DNA of 46,896 nt from Minisyncoccota bacterium (lineage in GTDB: Bacteria; Patescibacteriota; Minisyncoccia; Phycocordibacterales; Phycocordibacteraceae): assembly GCA_041674945.1 (NCBI GenBank), contig JBAYUT010000002.1, positions 1 through 46,896 on the forward strand, in the 5' to 3' direction. Each line of letters starts with the position of its first letter. The stretch's first letter is position 1. Under the pieces are notes generated by a model that saw nothing but the letters and a program-made list of their open reading frames with translations, was not told the origin of the DNA and made no database searches. A program made the translations under genes and the position numbers. This document shows positions 17,030-25,964 of the stretch, one piece after another.

Positions 17030-17533
17030 ATGTCTGCGCTTACCTCCATCCTCGTGTTCTGCCAGGCGCTGGGAGCCTTTGTCGGCGCAACGAGCGCCGT
17101 GTGGAGCGAGCTCGCCTATATGTGGGCCATGCGTGATGGGAGGGTCAACAAGGCCGAGCGCGCGCACCTGAAAAGTATCGACCGAGGCCTGCGCTTCGGG
17201 ATGTCGCTCCTCTTGCTCTCTTCTCTCGGCCTGGTCGTGAGTGCCTTTGCAACAGACAGTGCGCTCCAGCCGGCGTTTACCGAGAGCTATTGGACGCTCG
17301 TGGTGCTCGCGCTCCTCGTCATACTGGTGTCGTGGGTTATGTCACGTCGGTACCTTTCTCTTGCAATCGGCTCGGCGATCTCCTTCACCGCATGGTGGTT
17401 TCTCCTCTATCTCACCACCGGACAGCTGGCGACGGGTACGGTTGGTACCACAGCGACGTTCTTCGCTATTGCGGCGGTGCTCGTTTTCATCTTGTTGCAG
17501 ACTGGTCGGCGCATCAGCCTGTCTCGCCGATGA
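17030..17533 (+). CDS. integral membrane protein, unknown function
   Basis: ATG 17030 directly follows the previous stop. About 4-5 hydrophobic helices. Confidence 0.5.
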   Translation: MSALTSILVFCQALGAFVGATSAVWSELAYMWAMRDGRVNKAERAHLKSIDRGLRFGMSLLLLSSLGLVVSAFATDSALQPAFTESYWTLVVLALLVILVSWVMSRRYLSLAIGSAISFTAWWFLLYLTTGQLATGTVGTTATFFAIAAVLVFILLQTGRRISLSRR

Positions 17534-18099
17534 AGATCTTCGTCCTCCTCGGGCACACCGACGTAGACACGCTCTCAGGAGCGCTTGCCGACCGATACCA
17601 AGAGGCGGCCACGAAGGCTGGACACACCGTGCGCCGGCTAAACATTGGTGACATGAGCTTCGACCCGGTGCTGCACAGAGGGTACAAGGAGATCCAAGAG
17701 CTTGAGCCAGACCTCAAGACCTTTTCTAAGAATATCCACTGGGCAGACCATATTGTCATCGTCTACCCAACCTGGTGGTGCTCGATGCCCGCACTCCTTA
17801 AGGGGCTGTTTGACCGGGCATGGCTCCCGCACGACGTCTTCAGGTTTGCCGACCACGGCCTCACCTGGGCTAAGCTCCTCAAGGGTCGCACGGCGCGGAT
17901 TATCACCTGTGCCAACATGAACCCGTGGATTCTGCGATTTATGTACGGCTCGCCAACGGTTGTGCTCGAGCTCGTGATACTCCGCTTTGCCGGCGTACGC
18001 GCCCGCTCGACCGTATTTGGGCCCTCAGAGCGCGCCTCAGAGGCTGCCAAGCAGCGGTGGCTGCGCAAGGTTGCTCGACTCGCTCAAAAAGGGAGGTAA
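17530..18099 (+). CDS. flavodoxin-like-fold NAD(P)H dehydrogenase (quinone)-like protein
   Basis: MKIFVLLGHTD...WADHIVIVYPTWWCSMPALLKGLFDR is typical of the Flavodoxin_2 / MdaB-KefF-like family. ATGA overlap with the upstream gene. Confidence 0.75.
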   Translation: MKIFVLLGHTDVDTLSGALADRYQEAATKAGHTVRRLNIGDMSFDPVLHRGYKEIQELEPDLKTFSKNIHWADHIVIVYPTWWCSMPALLKGLFDRAWLPHDVFRFADHGLTWAKLLKGRTARIITCANMNPWILRFMYGSPTVVLELVILRFAGVRARSTVFGPSERASEAAKQRWLRKVARLAQKGR

Positions 18100-18119
18100 A
18101 AAAGCAGCATTACATGCTA

Positions 18120-18148
18120 TTGACAGAAAAATGTCAATATGCTAATAT
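18120..18148 (+). promoter_or_regulatory. consensus sigma70 promoter TTGACA-17-TAATAT
   Basis: TTGACA at 18120..18125 and TAATAT at 18143..18148, upstream of the 3D-domain gene. Confidence 0.55.
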
Positions 18149-18193
18149 CGTAATAACGAGGTAGCTGCTTGCTATTTCGGTAACTTAAAACCA

Positions 18194-18775
18194 ATGACAA
18201 TCATAGGAGCCCTCATGGGGTTTTTGCTTTTATCAGGCGGCGGTGTGGCCGCGCCCGCTCCGGCGGACGCTCCCACCGCCCCTCTGGTAGTCAGTTATCA
18301 GGTGGCCATGACCGCGTATAACGCGGTTCCAGCCCAGACTGACGCAGACCCCTCTACCACGGCATCTGGTGCTGCCTCCAACCCTGAGGTGGTTGCTGCG
18401 CGCTCCCGAGACCTTAAGGACGAGTTACCCTTCGGTACGATCATCGAGATTGATGGTCCTACAGACAAGCAGAACAACTGTGGCTTTAGTGTGGTGAGCC
18501 CTATTCTAGGGTACCGCGTCATCGCAGACACTATGAACGCGCGCTTTACTAACCGCGTGGACGTGCTCTTCAGCACGAAGTCCAACTACAAGATGTCAGA
18601 CGGCCGTATGGTCAATGCCAGCACGATCTTCGGCGTGTGTCAGGGCATGACTATCCGCGTGGTGGGCCACCTTGACCCCGCACAGATGAAGAATCTCCCT
18701 AAGACGCAGGAAGAGCTGGTCACTATCGTAGAGCGTCTGTCGAGCCCGGTACTCGCCCTTGCTCGTACCAAGTAG
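18194..18775 (+). CDS. secreted 3D-domain (RlpA/MltA-like double-psi beta-barrel) protein
   Basis: Signal-like N-terminus. MTAYNAVPAQTDADPSTTASGA...LPFGTIIEI is the 3D-domain signature. Confidence 0.65.
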   Translation: MTIIGALMGFLLLSGGGVAAPAPADAPTAPLVVSYQVAMTAYNAVPAQTDADPSTTASGAASNPEVVAARSRDLKDELPFGTIIEIDGPTDKQNNCGFSVVSPILGYRVIADTMNARFTNRVDVLFSTKSNYKMSDGRMVNASTIFGVCQGMTIRVVGHLDPAQMKNLPKTQEELVTIVERLSSPVLALARTK

Positions 18776-18783
18776 TCGTATCG

Positions 18784-19431
18784 CTACGCAAGGCTACGCT
18801 CGTAGTCCTTCTTGAAGATACGCATCGAGAGCATGTAGACGCTGTACGTGATGAAGTATGCACCGAGCACGTCGATAGAGTAGTGCAAGTGACCGAGAAG
18901 TACCACTACCGCAAACACTGCTGAGATGGCTAGGTAGATATACCGTAGCTTGGGAGTGTCCCAGAGCAAGAGCGCCATAAGAAAGGTGAGGCCGACGTGC
19001 CCCGAGAAGAAAAGGTCGTGGCCAGTAAAAAACATCTGGGCGACCGTTGGCGAATAAAGGTATGACTCTGCTAGCACTGCTCGCGCAGGGTAGGGGCTAA
19101 TATGCGTGAGCGAGACAAAGACCGATCGCACAATCAGGAGGAACGACGCGCTCTTCAGTATGAAGGGTGCGGAGCGTAGCTTGAGTGAGAAGACGACCAG
19201 AATGGAGAAAATAACCGCAGCGATCGCCCCGTAGACGAATATCGTACCCACATCATAGACGCGTGTGTTGCTCAAAATGATGTCATTTACCGAATTGCTC
19301 GAATTCTCGGTGGCAAAGGCGCTCGAGTAGTACACGCTTACCAGACTCACAAAGATGGCCACGACGCCGAGCGCGAGTGATTCGAGAAAGGCCCGGTCTT
19401 TCAATATGCGAATGGTTTGATCGAAGTTCAT
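18784..19431 (-). CDS. PAP2_C / sphingomyelin-synthase-like membrane protein
   Basis: Six TM helices, with FFSGHVGLTF and GHLHYSIDVLGAYF (SGH ... HYxxDV motifs). Confidence 0.55.
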   Translation of the reverse strand: MNFDQTIRILKDRAFLESLALGVVAIFVSLVSVYYSSAFATENSSNSVNDIILSNTRVYDVGTIFVYGAIAAVIFSILVVFSLKLRSAPFILKSASFLLIVRSVFVSLTHISPYPARAVLAESYLYSPTVAQMFFTGHDLFFSGHVGLTFLMALLLWDTPKLRYIYLAISAVFAVVVLLGHLHYSIDVLGAYFITYSVYMLSMRIFKKDYERSLA

Positions 19432-19433
19432 AG

Positions 19434-20153
19434 CTAGCGAATAGGTGTCCAGTCGTCGACTGGCGATTTGTTAGTAATACCGAAATAAATAGTGTTTCTT
19501 GTCCAAATGTACCATAGACGTGCCCATCCTATCTGGTGTGCCCGGCGTGCGGCGTGATACACCGTCAACGACGGGTCGAAGACGGTCGTACCTATGCGCG
19601 AGAGCCGATAGAAGAAGTCGCCGTCCTCACGAGTGTGAAGGTCCTCGCGGAAGCCGTGAATAGCGGTAAAGGCATCGCGACGCACCAGCATGAACTTGCC
19701 GTTTGCCTCGCCTTTGCCGAGCACATTATTCTGGAAGCGCAGCACGGCATTCAGATAGCCGAACGAAAGTCGGTCGGCCCAGGTCTCAACGCTCGGGAGT
19801 GCGTGCTGCGCACAGCACATGCCCACGACTCGTGGGTTGTCGAAATGCCTGAGTGCCTGGGCGAAAAACGCCTGTGGCTCAGGCACCTCAACACCCGCGT
19901 CGACAAAGGCAAGATAATCGCCCGTGGCAACTCTGGCCCCATCGTTGCGGCCAATACCTGCCGTGTGCCGCTCGCCATCGAAGACCACTACCGTGTGGGC
20001 GGTCTCGCGCGCTATGGCCACGGTGCGGTCCTTGCTGCGGGCGTCCGAGACGATGATCTCGTGAGGGATGGTGAGAGAGTCTTTAAACTGGGCAATGGTT
20101 GCCGCAATCGTCTGCTCCTCCTCACGCGCAGGGATGATGATGGAGAGCCTCAT
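19434..20153 (-). CDS. family 2 glycosyltransferase
   Basis: LSIIIPAREEE..., FVDAG (DxD-like) and REDGDF. Overlaps the ATPase stop by 4 nt. Confidence 0.8.
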   Translation of the reverse strand: MRLSIIIPAREEEQTIAATIAQFKDSLTIPHEIIVSDARSKDRTVAIARETAHTVVVFDGERHTAGIGRNDGARVATGDYLAFVDAGVEVPEPQAFFAQALRHFDNPRVVGMCCAQHALPSVETWADRLSFGYLNAVLRFQNNVLGKGEANGKFMLVRRDAFTAIHGFREDLHTREDGDFFYRLSRIGTTVFDPSLTVYHAARRAHQIGWARLWYIWTRNTIYFGITNKSPVDDWTPIR

Positions 20154-22528
20154 GCGAGTACGGTATGCGGCGTACCAGGTGGCCGCTTAAAGAAGATACG
20201 CACCATGCCGTACTGAATGGCGCCGCAGACCGCCGCCAAAACAAGCGCTATCGTCACGCCCGCAGATGTGGGTGGAGTGAGATTGAAGAACACGAGGACG
20301 ATCGGCAACTTAAAGGCGAGGTAGAGCAGGCTCGCACCCAAGACACCAAGCGCCGCGAGGGTGAGTTGCTTTGCGCGGCCCATTGCGTGGCCGTAATACC
20401 GAGTTGACACGACAAAATAGATAAACCCGAGCGCCGCAAAGGTGACCGTGAGTAGCCCGCTCGGGTTGGTCGAGGGCAGGTAGGCCTGCACCGAGAGGTA
20501 TACTGCGAACACCGTTACTGCCTGCAGGAGCGACAGGGCAAGAGAGAAGGGTATGGTGCGGCTCAGAAAGGGTTGGGTGCTCGCCGCGGACGTGCGCTCA
20601 GAAGGGTTGATAGCCCACCACGAAATAAGCATGCCCGGTATGCCGACGGTGAAGTAATTTATAAAATTGATAGTGAGCGGCGTGAGGGGGTAGTCGAGCC
20701 CGATCAACGTAAGGCCAATGAAGAACAAGAAACCCAAGAAGGTCTGGTTGAAAAAGACGCTCGCAAAAATTTCAATATTTTCAATCATGCTGTCCGCAAG
20801 GCGCACGCCGCCTGGTAGCTCTACAAAGCTATTGCCAAGGAGCACTACGGCTGCGATCTGGCGCGTGGCAGTGGCTCCGTCGAACATGGCAATGCCCAGG
20901 TCAGCCTTTTTAATCGAGAGCGCATCGTTTGCCCCGTCGCCGACCATGGCGGTATACCCGCTCAGCTTGAGGGCCTCGATAATCTTTTCCTTCTGTTCGG
21001 GCTGTATGCGAGCGAAGATGGTGTAGGTGTGAGCGTGCTGCACGTAGTCTGCCTCACTCCAGTCGTTCATGTCCTCCCCCAAGATAAGCGCGTCAGTGTT
21101 GCGGACCCCCGCTGCTCGCGCAATGGTGCGCACGGTGTCGGGGTGGTCGCCAGAGATAATCCTGATCGTGACGCCGCGATCCTGGAAGAAATTCACCGCA
21201 TCGGTAATGCCGGTACGCAGTGCGTTGTGCAGGATACAGACACCCGCGATAGCGACCGTGGTGCCGACCAGGGCGCGCGGCACGCTTGCGTCCTCGCAGG
21301 TTGCAATGCATAACACGCGCTTACCGAGCTGAGCGTGCTCCGTAGAAAGGTCGCTCAGCCAGCGTCGTTCTGTTTCGGAGCGTACGTGCGGTGCGAACAC
21401 ATCGGGAGCGCCGACCAACACGACCTTGCTTGGCAGGGGCATGTTATCGGCGATGCGGATACCACCATACTTGCGCGTGGATGAGAAGGAAAGGGTGTCA
21501 GATACCTCTGCAGCCGGCGGCTCGCCGAGAAACTCGCGAAGAGCGCTTATCGACTGCGATGAGTCACCGGAGAAGCGCACGTAGAGGCTTGCATATGCGC
21601 GCGCCTCTGCCTCGGTGGTGCCGGGACTTGGGTGCAGGCGGTCGACCGTGAGGTTGTTCTCGGTGAGGGTGCCTGTCTTGTCCATACAGAGATTCTTGAT
21701 TCGACCAAACTTCTCTGTCGCGTTCACTTCTTGCAGGAGGACGTTGCGACGATAGAAGTGTGAGGCACCAAACGTGAAGAGGAGCGTGACCGCGACGACA
21801 AGGCCTTGAGGCACCAAGACGCCCGCCAGGGCGCCAATGCTCTGCACGATGGCCACATTGGACTGGTGCATGATAGCTCCACGGACAACGATAAACGCTG
21901 TCACCGCGAGCAAGACATAGACCGTGTAGGTGATAACGAGCGTAATCGACTGCTGAATAGGGCTTGGGTTGGCAGAGTAGCGCTGGAGGCCAGCAGCCAT
22001 CTTGGCGATGCGGCTATCGGCAAAGGAGGTCTGCAGCTCTGCAATACCGAACCCAGAAGTGATAACGCTGCCGGCGAGAATCGCCTCGCCCGTGGCCCGG
22101 GTAAAAATGGTGGACTCGCCCGTGATAAGGCCCTCGCTCACCTCGAGACTGGTGCCCTCCACGATAGTGCCGTCGCAGGGCATCTGGTCGCCGTTCTTGA
22201 TCTTGATGCGGTCACCCTTCGTGAGTGCTTCGAGTGGTGTCTCGGTCTCGGTGCCGTCAGGCTGTAGCTTGATTACCTGAATAGCGGTGAGAAACTGCAG
22301 TCGCTCAAGGGTGAGCCAGGCGCGGACGTCTTGGGCAAACCCGAGTGCGATGTTGAGCAGTACGACAGCACCCAGAAAGAGGCCCTCGTTGGTCTGGCCA
22401 AAGGTATAGAGCAGGATAACGACCACGAAGATAATCGCATTGATAGGGAGGAAGACGTGGCGCGCCGCGATGCGTGCAATCTCTCGCGCGTTTCGGTACG
22501 AGGGGGCGTGTCCGCCAGAGAATGACAT
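20150..22528 (-). CDS. P-type ATPase (P2-like cation pump, substrate unclear)
   Basis: TGES, CMDKTGTLT, MVGDGANDALSIKKADLGIAM, and 8-10 TM helices. The TM4 motif reads VPQGL instead of PEGL. Confidence 0.9.
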   Translation of the reverse strand: MSFSGGHAPSYRNAREIARIAARHVFLPINAIIFVVVILLYTFGQTNEGLFLGAVVLLNIALGFAQDVRAWLTLERLQFLTAIQVIKLQPDGTETETPLEALTKGDRIKIKNGDQMPCDGTIVEGTSLEVSEGLITGESTIFTRATGEAILAGSVITSGFGIAELQTSFADSRIAKMAAGLQRYSANPSPIQQSITLVITYTVYVLLAVTAFIVVRGAIMHQSNVAIVQSIGALAGVLVPQGLVVAVTLLFTFGASHFYRRNVLLQEVNATEKFGRIKNLCMDKTGTLTENNLTVDRLHPSPGTTEAEARAYASLYVRFSGDSSQSISALREFLGEPPAAEVSDTLSFSSTRKYGGIRIADNMPLPSKVVLVGAPDVFAPHVRSETERRWLSDLSTEHAQLGKRVLCIATCEDASVPRALVGTTVAIAGVCILHNALRTGITDAVNFFQDRGVTIRIISGDHPDTVRTIARAAGVRNTDALILGEDMNDWSEADYVQHAHTYTIFARIQPEQKEKIIEALKLSGYTAMVGDGANDALSIKKADLGIAMFDGATATRQIAAVVLLGNSFVELPGGVRLADSMIENIEIFASVFFNQTFLGFLFFIGLTLIGLDYPLTPLTINFINYFTVGIPGMLISWWAINPSERTSAASTQPFLSRTIPFSLALSLLQAVTVFAVYLSVQAYLPSTNPSGLLTVTFAALGFIYFVVSTRYYGHAMGRAKQLTLAALGVLGASLLYLAFKLPIVLVFFNLTPPTSAGVTIALVLAAVCGAIQYGMVRIFFKRPPGTPHTVLA

Positions 22529-22570
22529 ATTGCTCTAGTATATCGCACAGTAGCGCTCACAACGCAGTAT

Positions 22571-22599
22571 TTGACAATCAGCTCATGCGGGTGTATAAT
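22571..22599 (+). promoter_or_regulatory. perfect consensus sigma70 promoter TTGACA-17-TATAAT
   Basis: TTGACA at 22571..22576 and TATAAT at 22594..22599. The leader has an AGGGAGAA Shine-Dalgarno before ATG 22654. Confidence 0.6.
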
Positions 22600-22653
22600 A
22601 CAAAGAGGTGTCCAGGTGCTTTTGCCCATTTTGACAGACACCAGGGAGAAGTC

Positions 22654-23229
22654 ATGATTAAGTTCACATTTTTCGCTTGTCTGTTCGCCTGCCAGACGTA
22701 CATCATGCTGCTGTTTACGTCCATGGACAGTCACCTCAATCGCACGCAGCTGAAAAATGCTGGCTTGAACAACCACTTCGCGGTTACCGAGCACGGTGCA
22801 GTGTATGCGAACGTCGTGCTAGCCGCGTTCGCAATCTACATTCTCGGGACGCGGGAGATGGAGTGGGTCTCATGGCGGTCCCTGGGTCTGCTTCTTGGGT
22901 CTGCTCTGGCGTCTGTGGCGTTGATGCGCTTCTACGTGTCGATTGGGATCAACGATCCGTTCGTGCACGACGGGCGGGTGGTCGCCGGCGGATGGTACTT
23001 TGGGCTCTTCATGACGGAGATGTTCTGGGTCTTCGGAGAGGTCTACCTAGGCTGGACCGGGCGACCGTCCCACGGGGAACTCGCGGCACTTGGAGTGATG
23101 TTTGCCTGCTACTTCGTGGTCAGCATCATGAAGTTCAACTTCGAGATGTGGCAATTCCAGCCGCGCGACTACGGACAGATCGCTGCCTGTATGGCAGTCA
23201 TAACTGCCGCATCGTTCTGTCTCTGGTGA
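22654..23229 (+). CDS. integral membrane protein, unknown function
   Basis: Shine-Dalgarno plus ATG at 22654. Six hydrophobic helices. The ORF-track start at 22474 overlaps the ATPase gene. Confidence 0.5.
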   Translation: MIKFTFFACLFACQTYIMLLFTSMDSHLNRTQLKNAGLNNHFAVTEHGAVYANVVLAAFAIYILGTREMEWVSWRSLGLLLGSALASVALMRFYVSIGINDPFVHDGRVVAGGWYFGLFMTEMFWVFGEVYLGWTGRPSHGELAALGVMFACYFVVSIMKFNFEMWQFQPRDYGQIAACMAVITAASFCLW

Positions 23230-23241
23230 TCTGATCGTTCC

Positions 23242-23280
23242 GGGGCGGTCTGCGCAAGCAGACCGCCCCATCTCATTTAT
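23242..23280 (+). terminator. intrinsic terminator
   Basis: GGGGCGGTCTGC-gcaa-GCAGACCGCCCC, followed by ATCTCATTTAT. Confidence 0.65.
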
Positions 23281-23296
23281 ATAGTATGATTTGTGT

Positions 23297-24040
23297 ATGA
23301 AGATTAGTTTTGTGATTCCTGCGCACAACGAGGAGGTGCGTCTCCCGACGAGTCTTGCCTCTATTGAGCGCGCGCTCGCGCGCGGGGCCTACGATGCCGA
23401 AGTGATCGTGGTCAATAATGGGAGTGTCGACCGCACTGGGGAGGTGGCACGGAGCTACGACTGGGTGCGGGTGGTCGACGAGCCGCGGCTTGGTCTACCA
23501 CAGGCGCGTCAGGCGGGCTTTGAGGTGGCCACGGGCGACCTTATTGCGAACGTTGATGCCGACACCATGCTGCCCGATGCGTGGCTCGACACGGTGCTTG
23601 CAGAGTTTGCACGGGACGAAAATCTCGCAGCGCTTTCGGGTCCTCATGTGTATTATGACCTCTCCATTGTTCACCGCGCGTTTACCAAAGTGTGGTACTT
23701 CTTTGGCTACGTCATGCACTTGGTCAATCACTACATCTTCAACGTTGGGGCTATGCTTCAGGGGGGCAATTTCGTCGTACGACGCACGCACATGCAACAA
23801 ATCGGTGGATTCGACACCTCGATAAAATTTTATGGTGAGGATACCGATGTCGCAAAGCGCATTAGCCAGGTAGGTAGGGTTAAGTGGACCTTCAAGCTTC
23901 CTATCTACACGTCGGGCCGTCGCCTCAAGAAGGAGGGTACGTTGCGCACTGCACTCAAGTACGCCACTAACTACGTCGCAACCACGGTGAGCGGCAGGCC
24001 GATTAGCTACGCGTATACCGACATCCGAGACGACGCATGA
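23297..24040 (+). CDS. family 2 glycosyltransferase
   Basis: ISFVIPAHNEE, NVDADT (DxD) and GEDTD. The ATG at 23297 is preferred to the TTG at 23291. Confidence 0.8.
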   Translation: MKISFVIPAHNEEVRLPTSLASIERALARGAYDAEVIVVNNGSVDRTGEVARSYDWVRVVDEPRLGLPQARQAGFEVATGDLIANVDADTMLPDAWLDTVLAEFARDENLAALSGPHVYYDLSIVHRAFTKVWYFFGYVMHLVNHYIFNVGAMLQGGNFVVRRTHMQQIGGFDTSIKFYGEDTDVAKRISQVGRVKWTFKLPIYTSGRRLKKEGTLRTALKYATNYVATTVSGRPISYAYTDIRDDA

Positions 24041-24498
24041 CCGATGTACTCGTAATTTTTGCCGCAAAGTACTTCTACATACTCGCCGTGTGTATCTTTT
24101 TGTATTATGGGTACACAGCAGAACATCGGTTCGCGTTCATCCGCCTCACTCTTATTACGGCTGCGCTTGCGCTCGTGCTCAGTGTCGTCGCGAGTGCGCT
24201 CTATTATAATCCACGACCCTTTATGGTTACCGGAGTGCCGCCACTTGTGGCGCACACGCCAGGGAACGGTTTTCCTTCTGATCATGCGCTCCTTACGGGT
24301 ACCTTGGCTGCGGTTATGACTATGGCGAACCCATTCCTCGGCGGCGTGCTGTGGCTTATTGCGATTGTAGTGGGTGCGGGTCGCGTACTCGCAAACGTGC
24401 ACCACAGTATCGATGTCGTCACCTCATTTCTGATAGCGGCGGTCAGTGTGCTCGTGGTGCACTACGCACTCAGGCGTTACGCCAAGCCGGGGAAGTAG
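24037..24498 (+). CDS. PAP2-family phosphatase (BcrC/undecaprenyl-diphosphatase-like)
   Basis: GNGFPSDHALL and ANVHHSIDV motifs. ATGA overlap with the GT2 gene. Confidence 0.75.
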   Translation: MTDVLVIFAAKYFYILAVCIFLYYGYTAEHRFAFIRLTLITAALALVLSVVASALYYNPRPFMVTGVPPLVAHTPGNGFPSDHALLTGTLAAVMTMANPFLGGVLWLIAIVVGAGRVLANVHHSIDVVTSFLIAAVSVLVVHYALRRYAKPGK

Positions 24499-25964
24499 TC
24501 GGTAACGATGTTAAAGCGCGAGACGCCGAGCGCTCGAAGCGCCTTCCTTGTGGTGTCGACCATGGGTGGTGGGCCAGAGATATAGAACGTGCGCTCTGCA
24601 TAGTCGGGGATTTCTTTTGCAATCAGCTCAGCGTCGATAAATGCGGGTACGTACGCGGTCTTCAGGTTAAAAGCATCGCGCGCGCGATCAAACACGTCTT
24701 GGTACACAATGTCTTCCGGTTTACTTGCGTAGAGGAGTACGACATCGCGCTGCTGCTGGGTATCCATGAGGTACTGTACGTGCGCACGAAACGGGGTGAC
24801 CCCGATACCTCCGGCAAAAAAAGCCAGCTTCGTGCCCGGGTTGCGGGGGAGGACGAAGTCGCCTGCCACCTGCGACGCACTGATGGTGTCGCCGAGCTTG
24901 AGACGGCCCAGGGCGATTTTAAAACTGCTGGTGGGCTCATAGAACTTAACGCCAAGGCGTACGTTCTCTTCGGTTGGTGAGGAGGCAATGGTGAAGTAGC
25001 GTCGGTTGCCGCGCAGATCGGGCTTGTCATGAGGTAGCGTGAACTCAAGGTACTGGCCCGCTTTAAAAGGGATACGGCGGTCGGACGCAAAGACAAGCTC
25101 GTCGATGGTGGGTGCGGGGGTGGTCTTCTCGACAAGGCGGAGCGTGTAGCGACCCTCTGAAGAGACCATAAAGGAGAACACGTTGCCGAGAAGAAGTGCA
25201 AGCTCGGGCGAGAGATACACAGCGCCGAGGTGAATGTTGGGTGCAAAAAAGATGCCCACCAGAGCGGCGTAGAGCATGCGCAGGCGGCGCGTGGGTGGCA
25301 GGGTGATGGGCTCGGTGAGCATCACAAAGGCAAAGAAGAGGAGCGGGGTGTCGAGGATGGCTCTTTGTATAGTCGTGAGGTCGCCTGGCACGTGGGCGGT
25401 AAGGACGGTGGTTACCAGCGCTACGATAATGAAGGTGGCAACGAGGTCGAAGCGGCGCACTTTGCGCACGACGAGGGCGCCGCCAACAAGCACAAACGGC
25501 AGCAGAGGCAGGTTGCCACCTACCCACCAGCTCGCGGAGCCAATACCGAGAAGCGCAGGGACGGCAACGCCGAGCGCAGCAGGATTGAAGGGGTGTTTCT
25601 CGTCGAGGGCGAGAACGTACTTCGACGCCATGGCAATGGCTGCAGCGATGATAAGGAGGCCCACACCGGCAGCGTCGGTCGGGGCGACAGGGTTGATGAT
25701 GAGCGCCAAGATGAAGGCGGTGATGTAGACCGATTCGATATTGGTTGCGGCGGATAAGATCTTGGCAAAGGCGGTGTTAACTGCCCAGCAGGCGGCGACG
25801 AGCACCAGGAGTGAGAAGAGGAAGTCGAGTGGCGAGTAGTGCAGCACGCCGAATATATCAAACAGAAGCGCCGCTCCGACGAGCAGTGTGAGGTAGTACA
25901 GCACCAGGCGGTAGGTGGTGGTGTTGTTGAGAAAGGTGTCAACAGATTTCAGCATGGCGCTCAC
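24477..25964 (-). CDS. polytopic membrane domain fused to a ferredoxin-NADP-reductase-like FAD/NAD(P)-binding module
   Basis: About 230-aa N-terminal multi-TM region, then RRYFTIASSP (RxYS FAD motif) and FFAGGIGVTPF (NAD-binding). Confidence 0.75.
   Translation of the reverse strand: MSAMLKSVDTFLNNTTTYRLVLYYLTLLVGAALLFDIFGVLHYSPLDFLFSLLVLVAACWAVNTAFAKILSAATNIESVYITAFILALIINPVAPTDAAGVGLLIIAAAIAMASKYVLALDEKHPFNPAALGVAVPALLGIGSASWWVGGNLPLLPFVLVGGALVVRKVRRFDLVATFIIVALVTTVLTAHVPGDLTTIQRAILDTPLLFFAFVMLTEPITLPPTRRLRMLYAALVGIFFAPNIHLGAVYLSPELALLLGNVFSFMVSSEGRYTLRLVEKTTPAPTIDELVFASDRRIPFKAGQYLEFTLPHDKPDLRGNRRYFTIASSPTEENVRLGVKFYEPTSSFKIALGRLKLGDTISASQVAGDFVLPRNPGTKLAFFAGGIGVTPFRAHVQYLMDTQQQRDVVLLYASKPEDIVYQDVFDRARDAFNLKTAYVPAFIDAELIAKEIPDYAERTFYISGPPPMVDTTRKALRALGVSRFNIVTDYFPGLA

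Noticed and set aside
24477-24498. The 22-nt convergent overlap of the PAP2 and FNR-fusion genes as a possible regulatory antisense arrangement.
   Set aside because: Short 3'-3' overlaps are common in compact genomes, and no additional structure was seen.
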